Positions 7,844 through 16,900 of a stretch of 32,363 nt of DNA are shown piece after piece (the stretch's first letter is position 1; every line of letters starts with the position of its first letter). Made by a program: the position numbers and the translations under genes. Under the pieces are notes generated by a model that did no database searches, was not told the DNA's origin, and saw nothing but the letters and a program-made list of their open reading frames with translations. The stretch is from IMG/VR virus record IMGVR_UViG_3300011114_000952, positions 1-32,363 of that record; one strand, written 5' to 3'. The stretch is from a virus (Duplodnaviria; Caudoviricetes).

Positions 7844-8481
7844 CCAAAACAAAACAGGTTCCGCTGGAACCAACCGAAGCGATGATTGCTTCCGGACTGT
7901 CCATCATGGACAGAGAGGGAGCGTTGAGTTCTGTAAGTGAAATCTATGAAGCCATGCTCGCCGCCGCGCAGCAGGAAGATCCGCCAATCAAGCTCGCCCC
8001 TCAAGCAGAGGGCCAAATGTTGACAATGTTGACAATGTTGATCACTGGCGATGCTGGCACTGGAGAACGTGGCCACTGGTATTCACCGGAGGCGGTGAGG
8101 AAGCTATTGAAAGATCAACGGTCGGAAGCTGATAAAAGTTCGGGAGTGGAGCCCCCTGCTACAAACTTAAATGCGGCCAATGAACTTTTCGTTGATGCTA
8201 ATCGCTATAACCCACCAAGCGAGGCGAATAGGCTGGCAGATGAGTTGGAAGAATGGCTAGACGATGAAAAAGAAGCCAACTTCACTGCTCTTGTGCAACT
8301 GATAAAAAAGACAATCACAGCCCTTCGCGCCCTCTGCCCTGCGCCTGAGACAAGCGAAGCGGATAAGTTGCTGAAACGCTGGAGCGCTTTATTCACTCAT
8401 GCAGACTTCATCGACTCGATTGAAAAGAATGAAAGTGATCTTGTTATAGATACCAAAAAATACCTGAAGGAGCGAGGATGA
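7840..8481 (+). CDS. Mosaic phage hypothetical protein
   Basis: N-terminal VP.EPTEAM...IYEAMLAAA motif common in phage early accessory proteins; ATGA-coupled. Confidence 0.7.
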   Translation: MTKTKQVPLEPTEAMIASGLSIMDREGALSSVSEIYEAMLAAAQQEDPPIKLAPQAEGQMLTMLTMLITGDAGTGERGHWYSPEAVRKLLKDQRSEADKSSGVEPPATNLNAANELFVDANRYNPPSEANRLADELEEWLDDEKEANFTALVQLIKKTITALRALCPAPETSEADKLLKRWSALFTHADFIDSIEKNESDLVIDTKKYLKERG

Positions 8482-8807
8482 GCGCCGAGAGCAAGACAGT
8501 AGATGACGTTATCGCCAGCGAAGACGGTGATTATTACGCATTGGCGAAGTTTGCTAAGGCGATGGAAAAAGGACTCTCCGCAGCCAATGCGCGGATTGCG
8601 GATCTTGAGAGGAACATTCGGACGGATAGCAGCGCGGTCATATCCGCGCTTGAGGCCGAGTGCGCCGCGCTGAAGCATGAAATCCAAGTCCTACGCCAGT
8701 GGGGGAATAGCGATTGCACCAGAATGGCAGATGCGGTACTTGACGCCGCAACTGACGCGGCAATGGTTAAATCACCCCCCCTTGGGTGCTATAAATGCGA
8801 TCAATAA
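8478..8807 (+). CDS. Phage hypothetical coiled-coil protein
   Basis: SD AAGGAG; ATGA overlap; coiled-coil heptads; LRQWGN.DC..MAD motif. Confidence 0.65.
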   Translation: MSAESKTVDDVIASEDGDYYALAKFAKAMEKGLSAANARIADLERNIRTDSSAVISALEAECAALKHEIQVLRQWGNSDCTRMADAVLDAATDAAMVKSPPLGCYKCDQ

Positions 8808-8968
8808 AAATATCCGACGCCAACAGCGCCGGCATGTGCGCAGCCGGGGCGCTGGCCAGGATATTACTGTCAATGCGCCCAAAAATTGTGCTGGTAACAG
8901 AAAAAAAGGGTAAAGTGCCGCATGAATCGCTCAGTGTTATACCTGAGATCCAGCAAAGACCGCTCTGA
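8795..8968 (+). CDS. 57-aa ORF overlapping the integrase start; candidate recombination directionality factor
   Basis: MRSIKISDANSAGMCAAGALARILLSMRPKIV...; fills the gap before the integrase. Function is inferred from position only. Confidence 0.35.
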   Translation: MRSIKISDANSAGMCAAGALARILLSMRPKIVLVTEKKGKVPHESLSVIPEIQQRPL

Positions 8969-10478
8969 CGTTTCGATCGACGCCCAGCGCCGCGCGCTGC
9001 AAGAACTAGCCGCCGCCCGCTCTTATATCGTCGTCGGCGAGTACGTCGATGCCGTCGAATCAGGAAAAGACGACGACCGCCCCGGATTCCAAAAGCTGAT
9101 AACCGATATCCGGGCATCAGCCCGCGAATGGGATCACATCCTCGTCCTCGATACGTCGAGGATTGCCCGCCGCAGAGCCATCGGGATCATATTCGAGGAG
9201 CATGAGTGTAAGCGCCGCGGGGTCAAGATTGTCTACAAATCGCTTCCAGAGAGCGATCCCATAACAGAAATGCTGTTGAAGTCCATCCTTCAGGCGATGG
9301 ATGAGTGGCACAGCCTCACCAGCAGGCTCAAGGGGCTATCAGGGATGGCCGAGAATGTGCGCCAGGGGTGGCGTGCCGGGGGGCGTGCCCCACGCGGTTA
9401 TGACCTTGATCACGTCGAAACCGGGACAGTCCGCGAGGGGATGCCGGTCACAAAGACTCGGCTTGTCGTCAACGGCGATGCAAGGCCACTTCAGGGATAC
9501 CTAAAATCAAGGGCCAAGGGGATCGCCAGGGCAAGGGCCGCGCAGGAAGCTGGATTGCCAGAAATAGCAAAAACGAGCCTGATCGACATTGACCGCAATG
9601 CCCTTACCTACGCTGGGCATACCGTCTGGAACCGCCATGCCGAGCGAGACGGCGGATCTTACGTCGGCGGGGAGAAGATGCGCCCGCGATCCGAGTGGGT
9701 GATCCAAAAAAACACGCATGAACCGCTTATTACCGATGCCGAGGCGGAAGCCATCTTAGCAATCGCGCCCAAAATGCGAACCGGGAAAGCTGGGTCCAGG
9801 GTCTACATATTGTCGGGGCTGTTATTTTGGGAGGGGGCCACATGGCAAGGCGACGGGGGCTCATACCGGCTTGGCCGGGGGCGCCGTATTGCTGCCGCTC
9901 AAGTTGAGCAGGCCATCGTTCGGCACGTCCTTGAATCCCTTTCATCCGATGAAATGGCCGAGGCGGTCGCGGACCATTATCGAGCCCTGGCCAATCCCAA
10001 GGCGATGGCCTCGGAGTCGGCGGCGCTGCGCCGGGAGATAGCCGACGGCGAGAAACGAATCGCCAAACTGACCATGCTGCTGTCGGACACAACGGCGCCG
10101 GGTGCCCTGCTACGCCAGATTGAGGCGATCGACGCGGATCGCCAGTCGGCACTGGCCAAGCTGAAACTTCAGGAAGAAGAATCAGAATCGGTAAAAATGC
10201 TACGGCAAATCACGCCAAAGACCGTCAAGAACATGCTGGGGCTGTTGGCCGATGATATGACCAACGCCCCGCCTGCTGCGCTCAAAGACGCATTACCATC
10301 CATCGTTAAAAGGATCGAGCTTTCACCCGGAACCTTCGAGGCCGTAATTACTTACCACGTTGGCCCCGCTGAAAAAGCGGGTTCAAGGTGGCGTCCCCAC
10401 GGGGATTCGTCCTTGAACCCTGTTTTCACAATGTCCAGAGTAACCCAAATCCACCACAACAGACGCGCAAGATGGTGA
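8922..10478 (+). CDS. int: Large serine integrase/recombinase
   Basis: YLRSS catalytic motif, S...Q, ESG....RPG, D.SR.AR, G...GG..P.GY, Y.G, HEPLI, LSGLL, then a coiled coil. Confidence 0.95.
   Translation: MNRSVLYLRSSKDRSDVSIDAQRRALQELAAARSYIVVGEYVDAVESGKDDDRPGFQKLITDIRASAREWDHILVLDTSRIARRRAIGIIFEEHECKRRGVKIVYKSLPESDPITEMLLKSILQAMDEWHSLTSRLKGLSGMAENVRQGWRAGGRAPRGYDLDHVETGTVREGMPVTKTRLVVNGDARPLQGYLKSRAKGIARARAAQEAGLPEIAKTSLIDIDRNALTYAGHTVWNRHAERDGGSYVGGEKMRPRSEWVIQKNTHEPLITDAEAEAILAIAPKMRTGKAGSRVYILSGLLFWEGATWQGDGGSYRLGRGRRIAAAQVEQAIVRHVLESLSSDEMAEAVADHYRALANPKAMASESAALRREIADGEKRIAKLTMLLSDTTAPGALLRQIEAIDADRQSALAKLKLQEEESESVKMLRQITPKTVKNMLGLLADDMTNAPPAALKDALPSIVKRIELSPGTFEAVITYHVGPAEKAGSRWRPHGDSSLNPVFTMSRVTQIHHNRRARW
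10373..10426. other. attP site containing the 3' 21 nt of a tRNA-Glu (minus strand), inside the integrase ORF
   Basis: The reverse complement of 10389-10409 is CGAATCCCCGTGGGGACGCCA (T-loop/stem, acceptor strand, CCA; tRNA-Glu type). Perfect arms GGGTTCAAGG (10379-10388) and CCTTGAACCC (10411-10420), and inner TCCCC/GGGGA, are symmetric about AC at 10399-10400. Confidence 0.85.
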
Positions 10479-10559
10479 ATTATACCAGCGTCACAGCCCC
10501 GAGGATGGTCCGCCACGCTTCCATTGCCCCCGGAGCCGCGGCCAATCCATAATGCCCAC

Positions 10560-10691
10560 ATGATGATCGCCGGTATCGTTGTTTCCGTCCTCCTGTTCGG
10601 CGCCTGCGTCGTCATGGGAGAAAAGAATGCGCTCTGGATCCCGGCGATCGTACTGGCCGCCTCTGTCCTGGCCGGGGTGATCTCGGGATGA
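10560..10691 (+). CDS. 43-aa two-helix membrane protein (not in the ORF track)
   Basis: MMIAGIVVSVLLFGACVVMGEKNALWIPAIVLAASVLAGVISG: two hydrophobic segments with a short polar loop; weak SD. Confidence 0.5.
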   Translation: MMIAGIVVSVLLFGACVVMGEKNALWIPAIVLAASVLAGVISG

Positions 10692-10700
10692 TGGTCAAAT

Positions 10701-10900
10701 TTGCGTTTCTCTGATCCGCAACAAATAGGTAGAAGGGGTTGAACCTATCAAGTGGAAAAGGGTTCAACCCCTTCGAAGAACCGCATGGGTGCTTGGCCTA
10801 GGGGTTCAACCCATTTTGTTAGAGTGGTTATTAAATTAGTTGCGTTTCTCTGATCCGCAACAATGCCGCGTGACAAGTCACGCAATTGTCGTGACAACCC
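10701..10900. repeat. Intergenic cluster of direct and inverted repeats
   Basis: 24-bp direct repeat TTGCGTTTCTCTGATCCGCAACAA at 10701-10724 and 10840-10863; 14-bp inverted repeat at 10732-10745 and 10761-10774; three GGGTTSAACC palindromes; GCGTGAC-AA-GTCACGC and TTGTC-GT-GACAA. Confidence 0.85.
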
Positions 10901-10903
10901 TCC

Positions 10904-13900
10904 CTACCGCATCCCCTCGCGCACCACCCCCCGGATCTCCCGTGGCGCCGCCTTGATAAACCGGGCATCCCGCGGCGTGCGCATTTCCTTCGCTCGACGT
11001 GCAATCTGCGACATCTGTATCTGAATCCGCAATTCAGGATTATCACGGTTCCAGTCGGCCAATTGCCGGCGCGCAGCCTGAACTTCCTCCGGATCTTTGT
11101 CAACAATCCCACGCGCCCATTTGTCGGCTATCTCGGACTCCGTTCTCCGGTGGATATCAACATCCTGGCGTAATACCTGCATTTTGGAGGATTCCCGCGC
11201 TACGCTCGCCGGCTGGAGCCCCACCATTTTCAGCACGGACTCCGTTGCCGTTACATCAGTGATTTTCTTCCCGCTGCTGTCGGTGGCGTAGCCCTTATCG
11301 AGCATGACCGCCCCCTTCAGTACGTTTTGCACCGCTACCGGAGCGCCGGCCTGCACCGCGCCAAACAAATCACCCTTGGAGAGTCGCTCGATCGTGCGAC
11401 CCATCATCGTGCCCTCTGCCGGGACAAGCTGCCCGACCGGCCCGATAATATCCAGCACATCCCGAGCCTTGTTTTTCTCCGATGGCTTCAGGAGCGAGGT
11501 TCCTGGAATTAGGTTCTGCATACCCATTCTGACGCTTATATCTACCGGCATCCAAGATAACCCGGAGACGCCATGCAGGGCGATCGGCGCCAAATCCGGC
11601 CCAAGCGCGGCCGTGACCAGCTTGCGCAATGACTTCTTGGAATTGGTCGCGTAACCCATCCATTGCCCGATGGTGTCTATCAGGTCCTCGATATCCTCAG
11701 AGAACGGAGCCCCTTCGGCGCCGGATGCTGCCAAGAGCATCAGCACCATCAGGTAGAACGCCTTGCGGTTCGGTCTACCATCGGGCCCCTTGTGGTCATA
11801 CATTCGCTTGGCCAGTTCCAGATACGAGATTGAGAACTGTTTGAAGGTGAACACCGTCGCCCCGACTGGCCCGCGCGCCCAGTTGGGCCTGTTTCCCTTG
11901 TTGTAGACAAATTGCGTCTCATTGACCGCATTCGACGCAAAGGCGTAGGGGTCAGACATCCCCTTTTCTTCGGCCACCCGGTAAGCCGCAATGAATGTCG
12001 TGGAGCGGTTGAATTGCTCGGTGATCGAGTATATCGAGCCCCAAAGGAAACTCGCCTTGCGTGCCAAAAGACTGCGCCCCAGTGGCATCCCTCCGGTTTC
12101 GGCCCGGAGTTGGTGGATTTCCTGCGGAGCTACAACGCCATCTTTCTTGGCCCGCTCGAAATCGGCCTTTATCCGCCCGGTCAGGCTTTCTGGCTTGGTC
12201 TTCATCGCCTCGCCAATCTTCCTGGCCGCATCGGTCGCACTGGTATGCTGGGTCAGGTAGGGGACTGTGACCATGAAGGGCTGCGTCATGTTGACAATCC
12301 CGTGCGCAATCGAGCCGCCCAAGAACTGCGCGAACATGAACCCGCGAAGCGCCTGCGCTTCCTCAACCGGGTCTTGCAAGTACCGGACCAGTTTTACCGC
12401 CTCGTCCTGCTCGTCGCCGTCCGGGATCGCCTGGGCGAGTTTAGTCATTTCCGATGCGTGGTAGTTCGAGGATGTGGCCCTGGCGTTCGACACCACGAAG
12501 CTGGCCAGCACGCGCGGCAGATCCACGGAGTACCCGGCCGCACCCTTACGGTGGATCCGGTGTTTCAGAATCCCGCGCTCGGATGCCGCCGCCTTCAGGA
12601 AACCTTGCACGATCGGATCCTTGGATAATGGCTGTCCGTTCTCCCCGGTGATGTAATCGGCAAACGCCTCGATGGTATCCAGATTTACCCCTTGGAATAG
12701 CTTGTACTTCTCCTTGGAGATCATTCCGCGGTCCAGGGTTGCGCCGTGGTACTCTTTGGCCAGTTCCCGCGCCGCCAGATTGGCCTGCGTCTGACTCTCG
12801 TAGAGCCCGAAATGACGCTGAACCTTCCTCCCGTTCACGTCCTCAATGACGTGAATAAAGTATTGCCCGAAGCGCATCGCCGGGAAGTATCCCTTGTCCT
12901 TCATCGTCTGCGTCTTTAGCTCGATGTCGGATACCTGAGTCTTGAGGGTTCGCAGTTCGACGATGGCAGCGTTTAACGATTTCGCCGCCTTGTCGTCAAT
13001 CAGCCCCTCTAGTTCATCTTCCAATTCCGCGATCGCTTCATCGGCCGCCTCCATTACTGAGGTCGCCGCGTCTTGCAGGCTCGCGTTGCGGTCAAAGCCA
13101 ATCTCATGCACGCGCGCGAGCTTGTGAATTAGCGACTTGGCCATGCTGTCCAGGGAAATGGCCATTGCATTCATGGCCTGGTGATAGAGCGATATCTCCC
13201 GGTCATTCAGCGGGGTGAATTCCTCGACGACGCTATCCTCGGAGCGGCCGGCGCGCAGTTCGTCATTCGTGAATTTGCGCCCTTCCATCGGCTTCCCGCC
13301 CCCATACAGAGTGCCCACATACACCGCCTTGGTCACGCGCGCGATCTCGTCCTTTGTTGGGGTCTTCTTCCAGAAGTCCTTGAGCCCCTCGATCCTGGGG
13401 AGTAGGTCTGATGCCGCATCAGCCGCCTCATTGGCAAACTTGGACACGTCGGACAAGAATGCCTGCCCCTCGTCGTAGACCCGCCTGAACAGGCGATGTG
13501 TCAGCGCCTTGTGCGCCTGGGTGCCGATACTGCGCGACCACCATCCCATCTTGGCATCCGAATGCAGCATGTCTCTGATAAAGGCTGTCGTCTGGCTGGT
13601 AATGGAGTCCTCGAATCCGCCTGTTGTGTTGGACCCGGCAATCGGCGGGGCATTGAATTTATCGCCCGCGCCAAGCATCCCGTTTATCGCCTCGCCATCC
13701 GAGCGCAATACCGCCCGGAGCCCACGCAGCACGGCCGCGTCGCTTGGTAATCCAAAGGCCGACTTGATCTGCTCCATGAGCCCGCGCAGCCATTGAGCCG
13801 CCCTGCCAACCCAGCCGGCGCCGGCCCGTTCCTTAATCAACCGCGAAGCATTGACCGCCCAAAACTCGGATGGATTGATGAATTGATAGAAATCATGGGG

Positions 13901-16900
13901 CAATTCCCCGTTATTGATGGCCTTGGTAATGAGTTTGTGCGCCTGATTATCGCCCGCAGCCGCCTTGATGGCCTCATGCACCATCTTGGCAAGATCGTCA
14001 TTCCCAGTGCGAATAGCCCCGTCCAGGGTGGCCCCCAGTTGCCGCGCCCACTCCTGCCGAATGCCGATTTGGATATCCTCGGGCATCATGCGCTCGGTGT
14101 GGTGCAGGATTTCATGGGCGATCGTTTCCTCGTCGCCGCGGCCCTTGATGATGCTGGCAATCCTAGATGCCGGGTTGTAGTTCGCCGCCGTCCCGCTCTC
14201 GCCGTCCTTCGCCTGTCTGATAGACAAGCCTAGATCATTGGCAATATCGGGATTCTGATCCAGCAACCACATGGCGAGTCGGGCCTGGGCAGAGTCTATG
14301 CCGCCCCACCGCGCCTCACGGGTGAGTCGTTCTTTCACCCATTCATAGCCACGCGATCTAGGCTTGGTTGGCTTGGCGTACTTGCGTGCATCTAGATCGA
14401 AAATAAGCCTTCCAAGCTGGTCCTTTAATTCTTCTGGTGAAAGGTCAGACTTGGCTAGTTTTATCAGCCGGTCAGTGACGCGGACCGGGTGCCGTGGCTC
14501 CCCAACCGCCATTTGCTCGGCTTCCTCGCGGGAAACAAAGTCAGGGGAGTTGATCTGCTCGACCATGCTTCCCTTGGCTCCATTGTAGTTTCCGTTGTTG
14601 CCGATGGCGGATTTGATTTGGGTGGGAGAGAACACAATGTACTGTGTTGCATGCGTCTTGCCATCGAACGCATTATTAACGATTAAACCGTCGTACCCCT
14701 CCTCCTGCGCAGCCTCCACTTCATACAGGAGATCGTTATCCCCAGCGCCATCAAAATCTAGTACAAGAGGGTTCCCCATGCGTAAGAAAACAGGGACGAC
14801 ATTCGCCCCCGTGTGGTACTCGGCACCGTGCCCCGCGGCGTAGTTATTTGCCGCTTCAGTGCTGTCGGTAAAAAATATGGCATTTTTAATAGAAGATTTT
14901 TTCGCACTAAACGCCGATCGGATGTTTGCAGTCGTGCCGTGATACACAACAAGCGGATTCCCAACGGCGTCCACCACCCGGCTGCCCCCAAACCACTTCT
15001 TGAACTCAGGCGTCTCTGTTTGACCCCCTCTGCGCGAAAACGCCGCATCAGCAGTAAAGCCCCAAGCGTCTGACGTGGGCGCCGCATCCTCCCGCAGCCG
15101 CGTAAAGGTCGCGCGAATCAGCGCGCGTGCTTCGTCATTGGTCGCCCCGCGCCACTTCGCCGCCGCCTCGGAGAACCCCAAGCGGTCAGCCAGGTTCGCA
15201 ACCCAGCGCGATACGGTCCTGATCGCCTTGGCCAATAGGCCATTGTTCCGGTACTCGCCCTGGCTCGTTTCGGCCAGTTTCGCCAGTGCCTCATCAACCC
15301 CGCGGGCGATCCTGTAGCCCTTGTCGCCCTGTACCGCCTCGCCCTCGTCCGTGGCGAGCCAGGCATCAGCGGTATCCCGGATCCATTTATCATTCTGGTA
15401 AAGCGCCCCCAACTTGGCGATATACTGCTCTTTGGTCAGGAAACGCCGCAGCCCGTAATGGAGAAGTTCATGCCAAAGAACCCGAACCACATCAGCGGAA
15501 TCGGTCAGTCCGTCCCTGAACAGGTGGATTTTCCCGTCACGAACCATCCCGCCGGCAACCCCAGCATTATCGGCAGAGTGCGCGGGGATATCCGTTACGC
15601 TGTCGCGGATAAGAACGGGGGGCTGATGGACAAACTCCTGGAGTCGGTCCTCAACTATCTGCGTAATCGCTGCAACTGAAAGCTGATCCTCGGCGGGAAC
15701 GGCAGCCTCGGTGACGGAATAAACCGAAGGGCCGTCTTCAACACCGCTTTTGACCAACGCTGCCACCTTTTGTTCATCGGTTATAACAGGGGCGTTATCT
15801 AGTTTTTCCTTGATGACATCCAATCGCCCATCAAATGTACTTTTGGCGTTCGCAATGGCTTGCTCTTTGGAGTCAGCCGAGACCGCCTGTAGTCCACTGG
15901 CCGTATGGGTAATCACCCATCGACCATCGGGAGATTCACTTATAAAGAATGCGATTTCCGGGAATTCCTCGAAAGTAATATCCTCAAATTGACTGACCAC
16001 GTTTGCCGTCCCGTCTCGGGACGCCGTAAATCGGTACTTGTCCTTGAGTTCATCCAGATTCGGCGCCTCGGGCTCCTCGCGCTTGAGTAATACCGTCTCA
16101 ATTGCTTGCAGACGGGCGCGCTTGGTATCGAGTTCGTCCTGGCGCCCAAAGGTCTTAGCCGCCTCGGCCGTGAGTTTGGGCAATTCTTCGCGTAGTACAT
16201 CGACCTCATCACTCGCCTTGCGGTAACTAAATTCTAAGTTCTTGCGGACATAACTTAGGCCACGCCCAGCAGTCAGATCAGCGCCCCACTCCTCATCCCC
16301 GGCCGCGGTTCGCACGACAACATAATCCCCGCCTAATCCAGACCGGGCATAGAGCGGATAGCTCACCTTTTCACCCGATAGGCTACCGATGATTTCCCTC
16401 GCGCTCGAACCGGTACGCAGTGCCTCGGCTTGCTTTTTCTTGCCGGCTGATTTTAGCGACTCATATTCTTTTTCGATCTTATCGACGCGCGCTCGATTGT
16501 CCATCGTTAAATCATGCAATGCCTTATTCATTGCCTCGCGTGTTTTATCATCCTCAATCACATAAGTCGTCTTGCCCAGGATGATTCTATTGACTGTATC
16601 AAAGCCATCAGCTTCGACGCGGATCGTCTCCATAGTCTTGGTGAGCCCGGCAATGCGCTCCGGGGTTCGTGCCGCTTCTATGCGTACTGAATGGCGGGTG
16701 TCCTCGAAAGCCGCCGATTGCAAGGAAAGTTTTTGAACGGTGGCCTCAAGCTCCACTTTCTCGGCGATCATGGGATCGCCTGATGCGACGGCGACCATTT
16801 CAGCGGCCGACATCGTATCCTGGCTGATGTCCTCTGCTTCACGCAAGGACACGTCTCCTGACATGATTTGATCCACGAAGCGACCCTTGGCCTGTACCTT

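Noticed and set aside
8020-8034. Two TTGACA hexamers as internal promoters
   Set aside because: They are by-products of a 9-bp tandem repeat, with no -10 box at suitable spacing.
10389-10409. A complete tRNA gene
   Set aside because: Only the 3' 21 nt are present; there are no D or anticodon arms, so it is treated as the att core.
10701-10863. 24-bp direct repeats as a mini CRISPR array
   Set aside because: Only two copies, a 115-bp spacer and no cas genes.
14555-14580. In-frame internal start (AAGGGAAGC-ATG) that could give a C-terminal fragment of the giant protein
   Set aside because: Weak SD with short spacing; no other support.
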